DNA of 64,000 nucleotides from Anolis carolinensis (taxonomy: Eukaryota): positions 22,625,791 through 22,689,790 of the forward strand of contig NW_026943821.1 of NCBI RefSeq assembly GCF_035594765.1, given 5' to 3'. Of the stretch, positions 18,079-30,208 are shown one piece after another. Numbering within the stretch: position 1 is the first letter of the stretch; each line of letters opens with the position of its first letter. Both the position numbers and the translations under genes were made by a program. The notes beneath the pieces were generated by a model that was given only the letters and a program-made list of their open reading frames with translations, searched no databases and was not told the DNA's origin.

Positions 18079-18769
18079 CAGGGGTCCCCAAACTAAGGCC
18101 CGGGGGCCACAGGCGGCCCATCCAAGCCATTTATCCGGCCCCCGCTGTAGCAGCTCCCTCCTCCTCCTTCACCTGGTGCACGCCTTCCAAAGCTTTGCTT
18201 ATTTATAATGGCATTTTTATTATTATTTAATTAATTATTAATTATTAAGGGGTGTTTTGCTAGTGTTTTTGGTGCACAAAAGCAGAAGGGGGTTGGACTA
18301 AATAGCACAAGGGGTCTCTTCCAACTCTTTGTTTTTGTTGTTGTTATTGGCACAAAGACATAGTATAACACAGGAAATGAGATCTATATGCTGGATTTCG
18401 AATCACAAGTCGAATGCTTCCCAAGCGTTTAGGACTCTGATTTATTATTATTATTGTTATTATCAACAACATTGAGGCTGGGTGGCCATCTGTCAGGGGG
18501 GCTTTCTTTGTGCTTTTGGTGCACAAAAGCAGAAAGGGTTGAACTAAATGGCCCAAGGGGTCTCTTCCAACCCCCTTTATTATTTTGATGATGATGATGA
18601 TTAACATTGAGGTTGTATTTGTTCCCATTTTGTTTTTTTTACTTCAAAATAAGATATGTGCTGTGTGTATATGAATTTGTTCATAGTTTTTAAAAAACTA
18701 TAGTCCGGCCCTCCAACGGTTTGAGAGACCGTGAACTGGCCCCCTGTTTAAAAAGTTTGGGGACCCCTG
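18079..18769 (+). mobile_element. Non-autonomous hAT (Buster-like) element
   Basis: TIRs CAGGGGTCCCCAAACT / AGTTTGGGGACCCCTG; perfect 8-bp TSD CTCTACTG (18071-18078, 18770-18777). Confidence 0.85.
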
Positions 18770-19049
18770 CTCTACTGTATATATAATACAACAATAATAT
18801 GTTATTCTTATAACAATATACAACGACATTTCAAGATGTGTGTGAAACTGCATTGGCGACCTCTCAAAAAAGGAAATGATAGAATTTTTTACTCGTTCAA
18901 CGTCAGGGGAAACGTAGGATTTTCTCACAATCGCTTAAAGCTTCCCCACAGATACAGATTTCTTTCCCCTCCTTCTGTACCATATTATTATACGTGTGGC
19001 TTTCTCCTGCTCTCCCCTCAGGAGCCTTTGCGAAGGGAAGGCCCACTTC

Positions 19050-19570
19050 CCACAGGGCAAACAAACAACATGGCGGCGCGGCTAAAGCCTCCCCCTCCCC
19101 AGCACCTCCCTTCAACTGTCACCTTCCCCTCAGCGCTCCAAAAAACAGCCTGCCCCTATTCCTTTACTTATGAGACGCCTCACCCGCCTCGCTTCTCTCC
19201 GCTTTCTTCCTCCTCCGCGCCCTTCCTTCGCCTTCCACCAAACACACAAAATGGCGTCCAATCTCCCTAGCGAGAAAGAAACCTGGGAGGCGGAATGAAG
19301 AAATACACTCCACATAACCCCGCCCCTTTCGGAGCGGACTGGCCAATCAAAACAAAGTGCATCGGGAAGGAGAGCCAATAGGGAAAAAAGAGGCCTGCCT
19401 GTTGCTAGGGAAAGGAGGGAGAGCGGAGAGATTGAAAAAGGAGGAGAGGGACGCTTCGGGATGGGCGGGGCTTTAAAAGCCGTTGTTGTTGTCGGATTTA
19501 AAACCCCGCAAGAGAGGGGCATGCCGGGAAAATGAGGGATATTAATAGGGCAGGCAAACCGGAAGTGGGC
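19050..19570 (-). promoter_or_regulatory. PNRC2: PNRC2 promoter and first exon (CpG-rich)
   Basis: YY1-type AAAATGGCG near 19248 and AACATGGCGG near 19067; several CCAAT and GC boxes; ETS CCGGAAGT near 19559; minus-strand donor CGG|GTGAGG at 19184/19183. Confidence 0.65.
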
Positions 19571-19734
19571 CAGATGCTGAGGTGATAGTGGAATGCTAGT
19601 TGGATAGTAACATCAAGTATTAGTATTGAAAGCTCCATAAGGCCTAATTTGGCTTCAAACAAAGATGTCAACAAATCTTGATGGGAATACAATGTAAACA
19701 TGATACCATTGAAGGCACAATATGGCAACTATCT

Positions 19735-20017
19735 GGACCAGCTAACACCTCCCAACAAAGGATCCCCCCAGGAAGGAAGAAGCCAGGCTTTGAAGCTGCA
19801 AGGCCATTCAGTGCTAATCAAGGTAGCCAATGGCAACATTCACACTTGCCTCAAGCAGAGAAGAGTTCTTTCTCTCACCTTGGACCTTAAACTCCACTTG
19901 CCTAGTTTCCAACAGACCTCACATCCTCTGAGGATGTCTGCCCTAGATGTGGGTGAAACGTCAGGATAGTATGCTCCAAAACATAGCCATACAGCTCAGA
20001 AAACTCACAGCAACCCA
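19735..20017 (+). mobile_element. Penelope-like element 3'/pLTR fragment with hammerhead core at 19925-19965
   Basis: Same family as 30683-32400 and 61230-62580; contains CCT-CTGAGGA-TGTCTGCCCTAGATGTGGGT-GAAA-CGTC-AGG. Confidence 0.7.
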
Positions 20018-20039
20018 ATATGGCAACAGCATTATTATA

Positions 20040-20645
20040 GTATTCCTAACCTGGGGATCACAGCTAGAGACAGTGAAGACATCTGCTCTTGTGCTTGGCT
20101 ACTCTGCTGCTGAATATTCATGCCCAGTGTGGAATACATCTCACCATAATAAAACAGTGGATGTGGCTCTCAGTGAGACATGTTGCATTATCACAGGATG
20201 TCTATGCCCTACATCACTGGAGAATTTAGGTGGCGTCATACCACCTGATATCCATCAGGAAGTAGCAGCTAGCAATGAAAGGACCAAGGCATTAACATCT
20301 CCAGATCATCCTCTGTTCGGATATCAGCCAGCATGCCAAGTTCTTAAATCAAGAAACTGCTTCCTAAGATCTAAGGAGACACTCACGGGAACTCCTCAGC
20401 AAGCGAGAGTCCAAAAGTGGCAGGCTAAAATCCAAAACCTCAATCTGGCTGATACCAGATGAGAAACTTCCTCCTGGGCACACAGAGGACTGGGTGATTT
20501 GGAAGGTACTGAACAGACTGAGCTGTGGGACCACGAGATGCAAATCTAACCTTAAGAAATGGAGCCACAAAGTGGAATCCACGACATGTGAGTGTAGAGA
20601 GGAGCAGACCACTGACTACAATGCAGCCTGAGCCCTGCCGATGCA
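20040..20645 (+). mobile_element. Degenerate LINE 3' fragment (Vingi/Ingi-like, post-RT region)
   Basis: Translation WGSQLETVKTSALVLGYSAAEYSCPVW...ITGCLCPT, followed by a C-terminal CECxEEQT zinc-knuckle-like remnant; contains stops. Confidence 0.55.
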
Positions 20646-22329
20646 GGAAATGTAGTTAATAATCCTCTAAGATCAGTGACTCACAATGTGCTGGTGACAC
20701 TTGGCCACTGCCTTGATCTAGTTTCGAAGGAAGGATATGGTTCAAAGGTAGTGAATGAATCACAGCATGAAATTGAAAAGGAGAGCTAGAAAGAAACTGA
20801 GCTGTTACATATTTGGTTGCATAAGACAAATCTACCTGCAAGTTAGAAATATAGGACAAGAAGCCAATGCCCAGTTATTGTATTCATCATTAAACAGCAA
20901 GACATGTGACAAAATGTTGCAGTATATATCCATGCCTAGTTAAACTAACCCTTATTGTATTTTGGAACTGGGCTTGTCCCCATGTGAGCCGCCCTGAGTC
21001 CCCTCTGGGGAGATGGGAGCGGGATATAAAAATAAAGTTATTATTATTATTAGCTCTAGGCCAGTGGTTCTCAATCTTTGGTCCTTCAGGTGTTTTGGAT
21101 TTCAACTCCCAGAACTAGCCAGCTTACCAGTTGTTTGGATTGGAGGAAGCAGGGTAGGAGGGGCATGATATGACATTAGTGAAGTTCAAAGCACAGCAGC
21201 CTTGGAAAGTCCCATTACAAAGGACGGGAACCAAGCAAGGTGATATTGCAACTAAATGCCAGCCTAACCACATTGCTGAGGTCTCTGCAAAAAAAAAAAA
21301 AAACACATAAAAAAGAAACCAGAGACTTATTTCCTAAGTGACACCCATGAGGGAAGAAGTCAAAATAGGCAGAAGTTAGGAAATCACCTCTCTTCTTGGC
21401 TTACAACATAAATTCCCCTTTTTTCAGCAACTATCGGTGTATTGCTTTTCTCAAATGCTTGGGGTCAGAAGTCTTTTGGATCCTGGAATCCCGGTATGTG
21501 GATATACATTCATAAGGAGATATCTTGGAGATGAGACCCAAGTCTAATAATACAATCAGGAAGCTTGTTCATATTTTTATCTGTATGTAAACAGGTTGAG
21601 CATCCTGTTTCTAAGATGCTTGAGTCCAGAAGTTTACCATAGGCGTGTCTATACATAATGGGACCCAAGTCTAAAAACTGATTTTATTAATGTGTCATAT
21701 ATACCTTAGACACGTAGCCCTAAAGTCATTTTATGCACAATATTTGACATAATTTTGTGTATAAAGCAATGTTTGTATGCAGTGAACCATCCAAAAGCAA
21801 AGATGTCACTTTCTTGTGATGGAAACTGTTTAATGAGCAAACTCATTAAATTGTAATTGTTTTGCATTGTGCAATACAGACATCTCTTCACATTCACGGA
21901 GGTTAGGGTCACAGGACCCTGTCGAAGTGGAAAAAGGGAAAAATTTTAAAATGCTATTTTTTAATTATTTTTTTTGCTTCAGAGAACATCTCTCTAGGAA
22001 TTTCTAGATCTTCCAGCCTAGCTCCCTGGTTAATTTCCATTTGAAACTGATCATAAAATTGTACTTAAAGACCCAGGGATTCCTAGAGAGATGTTTCTTC
22101 TAGAAATATCTAATCAGGTCGCACTGGTGGGGTAGAAATTCCTCAATATAACATATTTAATCAAATCTGAATAATCAGATCTGAAAAAGCCAAAACTGCA
22201 AATAGGGAGGGATGACTATGCATGTTTTTTTAACTTGCTGTTCTTCTGGGAGAAAAGCAGGCTATACATGAAATAACATCAATTATGACCAGAGAGAGGA
22301 CCAAAGATTGATCGGCTGGAACCCCAAAA

Positions 22330-22680
22330 AGCATGGACAGGGAGATGATGATCATCATCATCATCATCTCCCTTTCAAAACAGAAGGTTGCCTGGCTGGT
22401 ATCAGAACAAGCATGCAAAGGGAGATGGTGATCATCATCATCCCTTTCCAACATCATCTTCATAATCTTCCCTTCCAAACAGAAGGTTGCATGTCTGGCA
22501 TCACAAAGGACATGGCATTGGAGATGGTGGCGATTGTCATGATCCCTTTCCATCTTCATTGCCACCATGATCATCATCATCTCCCTTTCCAAGCAGATGG
22601 TGGTAATTATCATCATTATCAGATCTTCATCCTCTTCTTCCTTTCCATGCCCTTTGTGATGCCAGCCAAACAGCTTTCTG
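22330..22680. repeat. Degenerate CAT-rich minisatellite with short internal palindromes
   Basis: Recurring blocks CATCATCATCTCCCTTTC(C/A)AAACAGAAGGTTGC and GGAGATGGTGATCATCAT, about 4-5 diverged units. Confidence 0.55.
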
Positions 22681-25600
22681 CTTCTTCGGTTCCTTGCCTT
22701 GTCACAAGAGCGGCTTGCGCCTTCCTCCCTCGCTCAGAGGAAGCCAGGCATCATCACGAACCAGATGCAACTCTTGGGAAACCTCCAGCATCGAAGGCAG
22801 CCAGGACAGGCAGACGCGGCCAGTCTTGCTCTGTGTCCCTGAGGCCTCGCACCCACGGTGATTCAGCATCCACCGGGCCTCCTGCGGTTCTCCTTCCCAC
22901 CATGGCGGATGCTTTGTGGTCTCCCTTCTCCAGACAGTCCATTTCCACAGGTCCTTGCTTTTCGTCCTGCAACTGGACAGCTTTCCTGCAACTTGGGACA
23001 GGTGAGGGAACTGCATGAAGTCACACAGGTAAGTCCTTTGGGGCATGGCATAGTTTACAAGGGAGCTACTGAAAGCTTGGGGTTGCCATAAACTGGAAAG
23101 GACTTGAAGTCACATAATGACAAAGAAGTTACATAATTCTGCATTTGCAAAGTATCACCGAATGCACAGAATATAAGGGAAACTTCATAGGTTTTGGAAG
23201 TGGATTTGAAAACCACAGGTGCACCTGCACCGTAGAATGCATGGTGTATGATAATAAATCTAATAATAAATCTTTATTTATATCCCGCTTTTCTCCCTCA
23301 TGGGACCCAAAGCGGCTTACAGTATATTAAAATCATGTAAACAACACTCCAAATACATCAGTTATACATCGGTAATAAGTATGAAACATCATAAAATAAA
23401 CAGTTTGAAAACAGCAATAATATATATTCACATTCTTGTGGCATTATACCACTTAAACAGCCATGCCCTGGTGCTGTGGGAGCCTGGGAGTTGTAGTTTG
23501 GTGAAGCCCAGCACTGCCAAAGAACTTGTAAAACTACAGCTCCCACGATTCCACACCATTGAGCCATGGTAGTTCAAGTGGTTTCAAACTGCATTGATTC
23601 TACAATGATAATAATACCATCCTTTGTACCCAACTTTAATGATGATGTAGCTATCTCTGCCCAATTGAGCTGGCCCTTTATTGAACGACAACTTTCATAG
23701 GGGAAAATGGACCACAGAGGATTCATTGTCCCAGTTCATTCAATTTGGAGGGTCTGTGACTTACATATTAAATAACGACAATGCAGTTAAGAATGTGTAG
23801 AAAGTCAAAATGGAATTAAACAACCAGAAGAAATCAATTTAAAACATAATCTAAAAGCAGTGTTTAAAATATACATTTTAAAAAACAAAACATACAGCAC
23901 TCTTTTTAAAGTTTTGTCCGATGGGTTCTGTGGCTGTGTGGGAATTCGAATCCTGGTCTTGCAGAGTCTTAATCCAACCACTGGTACCTACTATTTGGGT
24001 GCATGTGCTTTCAAGTCATGTGCCAGCTTATGGTGACACCATGCATTTCTCAGGATCTTCTTAGGAAAGGGATACTCAGAAGTGGTTTTGCCAGTTCCTT
24101 CCTCTGAAATACACGTGTGCCTTCAAGTTCCTTCCTAATTTATGACAACCCTATGCTTTTCATAGGGCTTTTTAAAGGCAAAGAATATTCAGAGGTGGGT
24201 TTGCCAGTCCCTTCCTCCCAAATGCAGCCTCCAGCATTTGGGATTCCCTGGTGGCTTCGCATCCAAGTGCTAACCGGGGCTGGCTTCCAAGACAAGAGAT
24301 AATTTTGGCTCTTTTAGAACCTGTATAAGGATGCATCTACTACACTGTCAAATAAATACAGTTTGACACCACTTTAACTGCCAAGGCTTCATGCTGTGGA
24401 CCCATGAGATTTGTAGTTTGATGAGGCACCAGCACTCTTTGGCAAAGAAGACTTTATAAAACTACAACTCCCAGGATACTATAGCATTGAGCCATGGCAT
24501 AGCAAGTGGTGCCAATCTGCATTCATTCTACGGTGTATATGTGCCCAATATAATCAGCTTTTCTTTGCAGGAACCATGGTCTATTTTCTTCAGACAATTT
24601 CAGGGGGATCTGTAGATCCTCAGGCAGTTTGGGCAGCACTGAAGCATGGCTTCACCTTAAGTGAAACGAGGAGAAATGGCAGAAGCCTTTCCTCCAGTAA
24701 TGATGTTTTCATAGTTTGCATGGCAACCTCATTGGCATCTGGGTCTGCCACAGCATCTGGTTCCTGTCTTTGTTTCTCTGTTGCAAGTTATTTGGCCTCT
24801 CGTGAGTAATTCATGTAAGGTTGAGCAGCAGTCTGCAAACAAGCATTGCTAGACCCATGAAAGGGAAGTCACATTCTCCAGAATTGAATCAAAGAGATGG
24901 AAGGGTCCCCACCAAAGGTCATCCAGTCCAACCCTCTGGCATGCAATATGGATTCAGAATATGCAATCCAACTACTCTGGACAGAAGCACTCCTAAAACA
25001 TCAGTTATGATATCTTTGTGCAAATTTAGCGAGAAATTGTAGTGCTAATGAGTGGTATTATGATGTTCCCATATATTTTATTTCCTATTAATATTATTAT
25101 TATTATTATTACCACACTTTTTTCTGGAAACCAAGACCCAAAGTGGCTCACAGCCTTAAAATAAGTTTCAATTAAAAGCATACAAAAATAATATTATGCC
25201 AAGGAGGTGTAATGGTGTGAGTATCAGAAACTATTTGAAGGCATACAACACATGCACAAATACATATGCAAGTAAATAAACCAGAAGGAATTCATGACAA
25301 GTAACTAATATTTAGTAAACACTTACTTCCAGGTGTTTTGGACATCGTGGGTCCAAAACACCTGGAGGGCCGAAGTTGGCTCATGATGGTATAGATGCAC
25401 CCAAGGTTTAGAATGTGGGTTCCTATTAAATTGCTTGTAGGCTCCCTAAAAGGATGATAAGTTTTCTTAATTTAAGTACCCCAATTATGGTACTTTTCAC
25501 AAATGTTTGAAAAAAGCGAACTTGTGAAAACAGGATGCGAAATAGCAGCCACTTCCCCATTAGAACACCTTTTGTTTCTATGGAGTCACTGTATTGTTTT

Positions 25601-26301
25601 TCCGCCACTAACAGTTCCCTACAGTCAGTGTATATGACACACTGCCCCCTTTAAAGAGAGCTTGGAAAAGTTACTTTTTTGCATTTGCACTCCTAGATTT
25701 TTCCAGCTGTTATGACCGTTAGCTCTGTTGGCTATTGTGCTCCTAAATCAAAGCTCTGATCAAACCCAGTGATTTCCCCTCCTATATCCACAAGGTCCTC
25801 GCAACACAGGATCTCCTCCATCAAACACCAAAAATAGACTGAACATTGGCCAAAAAAGGAAAACCACGATGTAAATCGCTCGTGAGCATGTCAACAAGGA
25901 GGGGAAGAGAAAAAAGTGGTGGCCACTCTCCCTCCCTGAAGAATGATTTGACTATGTTTGGATTTGAACTCAGTTTGTGCAATTTACATAAACCAAGAAC
26001 TAAGGGGAGAAATTAGAGGAGGAAAAAAAGAAATATTTTCAAAGCAACTGAGAAATTGGGATGCCAGAAGATTAGTTAGGACTGTCCATGCCAAATGAGG
26101 AAGGTTGAAGAGTATGACAGATTGTTGTTGGGTTTTTTGTTTTTTTTGTTTTTTGGCAATACATCCAGCTTAGAAGGGAGTAAAGCATATGATCATATTG
26201 GTACTCAGTACTGCACATTGTCCTCATTGATATATATTTACATTCCTTTAGTTCCCATTACTCTGTAGCCAAGACTGCCAACCTCTTTCCAAAGACAGAC
26301 G

Positions 26302-27408
26302 ATGGAGCAATGCAAGGTGAACATAACGGCTGCTGGCGTCTTGAGATGCCACTCCAATGTGGTGCCTATGGAGTGCTACCTGGTGCTCAACAACACAGCG
26401 CAGACCCTCATCGCCACATTGTGTTGCACTGCCGGGACCCTCTGTGTCTTGGAGAATGCCTTGGTGCTCTATCTCATCTTTTCTTCCCCGAAGATCCGTA
26501 GGAAGCCTTCTTACCTCTTCCTTGGCAGCCTCGCCTTGGCCGACACCTTGGCCAGCTTCATCTTCGTCTGGAGCTTCCTCCAGTTCCACGTCTTCAGTGG
26601 GGCTGACTCCTCCAAGGTGGTCTTCTTGCTCAAGCTGGGAGGCGTCAACACCACCTTCACGGCTTCCCTCGGCAGCCTCTTGTTGATGGCCTTTGACCGA
26701 TACATCTGCATCCTTAAACCCTCAACATACAAAGTCCTGGTGACCAGTAAAAGAGCCCTGGTGGCTTTGGTGGTCCTGTGGCTCTCCATCGCGCTCATTG
26801 CCTCCTTACCTCTCTTTGGATGGAACTGCTGCAGACTCAACTCTCCCTGCTCAGAGCTCTTTCCTTTTGTGGACAACAGTTACCTTCTGAGCTGGGCGAG
26901 CTTTGTGGCAGTCCTTTTGGCATCCATCATCTATGCCTACGGACATGTCTTATGGAAAGCCCGGCAACATGTTGCATACATGGAGAAGCACCACAGACCC
27001 AACGGCCAAACCAATACCAAGATGAGGCTAGACATCAAGCTGGCCAAGACCTTAGCCATCGTACTGCTTGTCCTCATCACCTGCTGGACCCCGGGCATGG
27101 CTCTCGTGACGTACAGCATCTTTTTCAAAATGGACACCTACCTGAAGAAAGTGTTTGCCTTCTGCAGCACCCTCTGCCTGGTTAACTCCATGGTGAACCC
27201 GGCCATCTATGCCCTACGGAGCAGGGAGTTGAGCTCTGCTCTGAGGAAAATTTGCACCTCTTTTAAAAGAAAAGCTGACATCTCAGAGAGCAATCCTGAA
27301 GCAGAAAGCACCCAGAGGACCTTGCCGTTAGAAAACATCAGTGACCGATTTGTCGGCAATTCCACAAAGATCCAAGCTTCAGAAGGTGACAACATGGAAG
27401 CACTGTAG
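26302..27408 (+). CDS. CNR2: Cannabinoid receptor 2 (class A GPCR), 368 aa, single coding exon
   Basis: 7 hydrophobic segments; ENALVL, RRKPSYLFLGSLALAD, FDRY, GWNCC..CSELFP, RLDIKLAKTL, CWTP, NSMVNPAIYALRS. Lies between PNRC2 and FUCA1, as CNR2 does in other vertebrates. Confidence 0.95.
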   Translation: MEQCKVNITAAGVLRCHSNVVPMECYLVLNNTAQTLIATLCCTAGTLCVLENALVLYLIFSSPKIRRKPSYLFLGSLALADTLASFIFVWSFLQFHVFSGADSSKVVFLLKLGGVNTTFTASLGSLLLMAFDRYICILKPSTYKVLVTSKRALVALVVLWLSIALIASLPLFGWNCCRLNSPCSELFPFVDNSYLLSWASFVAVLLASIIYAYGHVLWKARQHVAYMEKHHRPNGQTNTKMRLDIKLAKTLAIVLLVLITCWTPGMALVTYSIFFKMDTYLKKVFAFCSTLCLVNSMVNPAIYALRSRELSSALRKICTSFKRKADISESNPEAESTQRTLPLENISDRFVGNSTKIQASEGDNMEAL

Positions 27409-30019
27409 AAATTGATGTTTTCTCTTCCCATTTCAAGAGACTCCCAAGCTTATTTTCTGCCTATCTGGTGGAACTGGGGGGTGAATATTCTGCCTCGGAC
27501 ATTCTGCATGGATTGTAGAAATGCCAAAATATGGAAGAGGAAATAATCTGAAAGTGGCCAGAAGTCAACTTCTGGTTTGGAGAAATTGGTACTATTTGAT
27601 GTTAAACTTTCAGAAGCACCCTACCCTGTAAACGTTTTTAAAATGGTAAATTGTCGCTGCTGGGTGTTTCCAGGAAAGACAATAGCTGGCTAGCATCTTG
27701 GTAGTGAAATGTACATGCATTAGTCACAATATAGACATAGAGTGAATTTTTAAACATATGCTGCTGACGGGTGGATGCGGGATAGTACATAAGGCAATGG
27801 CATTCATTGTGGTTGCACATTGCAGATTGCCATTTCACACTGTACAAAAGCACTTAGTAAATAGATGTTGTGCAATAGTGCTATTTTGAATAAGGATTAC
27901 ATAGTACTGTTGCACCTTATCTCCACATGTATATATTCATGCTCTGCTGCAGGGATATTGGATTGCTGCCATTTCCACGTCTTCTTTTATGACACCGCTC
28001 AATGCTCTAGAATCACGGGAATTGTAGATTTTTCTGAAGGAATGCTGGAGCCTTACCAAACTCTAGCTTCCATGATTCCATAGCATTGAGCCACGGTAGA
28101 TAAAATGTGGTAAGACTGCATCAATTCTACTGTGTAGAACCAGCCTTAGTCAATGAAAGCTAATGCTATAAACGTTGTTCTCGGTGTCATAGGCTGGATC
28201 TACACTGCCCGATAATGCGGGTTAAACTGCCTTATATAGCAGTGTAAGCCTAAAGTATGACAAAATCCCTTTGCACACCGATATTCCAGATTAATATGGC
28301 TATGTCTTTATACTGTTATACATTCCTGGATGATGGGGGTTGGACTAGATAGCCTTTGGATTTATCTGGGCAAAGACGTCTCTTCCTATATATGATATAT
28401 TACAATAAATTATAAAGAATAGATGGCAAAATGGTTTCTCCCCCACCCCTTTCCTTTTCTGTTTATAATATCTACTCGCATAGCACAATATTAGTATTTT
28501 ATATTATTATATTGTACTATACAAAAACATCTTTATTCTTGTATCTCGTCTCCATCTCCCCGAAGGGACTCGGGACAGCTAACATGGGGCCAAGCCCAGA
28601 TAATTAAAATAAAACAGAATAAAATACATACAGCTTGGAATCGCATCGACCTTTTTCGCTGCAGCATGACATTGTTGGCTCAGGCTCAACCTGTGGCCTA
28701 CTAAGAGAGCCTGGAAGATAGTTCCACCCTGTCTCCTGTGCCATAGCAACAATGCTATGCTAATTTATATATATATAAATATATATATATATAATTTTTA
28801 ATAAGTTATAAATATATAATATATTGTATATACATATAATATTGATAATATTATAATGGAATAAAATATGCTACTAATAATACAGTATAATATTATATAT
28901 TATACAGTAGAGTCTCACTTATCCAACGTTCTGGATTATCCAACATATTTTTGTAGTCAATGTTTTCAATGCATTGTGATATTTTGGTGCTAAATTCGTA
29001 AATACAGTAATTACTACATAGCATTAATGTGTAATGAACCACTTTTTCTGTCAAATTTGTTGTATAACATGATGTTTTGGTGCTTAATTTGTAAAATCAT
29101 ACCTATTTTGATGTTTAATAAGCTTTTTCTTAACCTCTCCTTATTATCCAACATATTCACTTATCAAATGTTCTGCCGGCCCGTTTATGTTGGATAAGTG
29201 AGACTCTACTGTATATTAAATGTAATATTACTAATATTACCATATAATGATATAGTACAATATAGTAATTTAATGCATATATTGTGCTATGCTAATAATA
29301 TCTTGTATGTTCATTTGATTTGTAAGCCACTCTGAATCCCCTTTGGGGTGAGAAGAGCGGGATATAAATGTAGTAAATAAATACTAAGACTCCTGGGTCC
29401 CTCTCACATCATAGACTATTTATTTATTTATTTCCATCATTTCTATCTCACCCTTCTCACCCGAAGGGACTCACGGCGGCTTACAAAACTGGCAGAATTC
29501 AATGGCAATACACAACAATACAAAAGAATAAAACGCAAGCAATTAAATAGATTTAAAATTTAAAAAAATTTTTTTTAAATATATTAAATAGATTTAAATA
29601 CCACTATACTGCAATATTATTCGTAATAACGTGTGTGTTTATATATATATTTATATATACAATATAATTTACAATAATATATAATAATTATAACATATTG
29701 TATATATAATATTCATAATATTATATTGTAATACGATATAATACTAATAATACAATATAATAATATTACAATATATTGATACTGTATAATATAGTAATTT
29801 ATTACCAGTATTGTACTATGCTAATATAATATTGTATGTAAATTTAATTTGTAAGCCGCTCTGAGTCCCCTTCGGGGTGAGAAGGGCGGCATATAAATGT
29901 AGCAAATAAATAAATAATATATAATATACAATGGTTATATAATTATATTGGACTATATAATATACAAACAATAATAATGCTACTGTACATACAGTAATTT
30001 TTAAAACCTTGAGTTTTGA

Positions 30020-30208
30020 AGCAGGCTGCCACGCCCCCCTCACGTGACTCCATCGAGCGGGTCGGCAAATGACTCTGCCGAGGCGGGTGGCTCCGTCCTC
30101 TTCCTCGCTTCGAAAGGAGCGGGCTTGCCATTGGTCGAGACGGCTCCCTCACGTGATTCAGCGAGCCAATGGGCGCGGCGGAAGAGTTCCTCTCAGAAGG
30201 GATCCAAG
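30020..30208 (+). promoter_or_regulatory. FUCA1 promoter with two CLEAR/E-box elements
   Basis: TCACGTGAC 30040-30048 and TCACGTGA 30149-30156 (TFEB/TFE3 CLEAR motif of lysosomal genes); CCAAT boxes near 30130 and 30166; GC box CCACGCCCC near 30029. Confidence 0.75.

Noticed and set aside
22308-23018. 236-aa His-rich ORF as a novel protein
   Set aside because: Non-ATG start; the His/Ile runs come from the CAT minisatellite. Only the distal ATG at 22902 is kept, as a possible uORF.
22902-26301. Spliced in-frame N-terminal extension of CNR2 from the 22902 ATG
   Set aside because: The only phase-compatible acceptor (26251) is followed by an in-frame TAG at 26266-26268; the other acceptors are out of frame.
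30044-30208. 55-aa N-terminal extension of FUCA1 in the ORF track
   Set aside because: Non-ATG start inside promoter elements; the signal peptide begins at ATG 30209.
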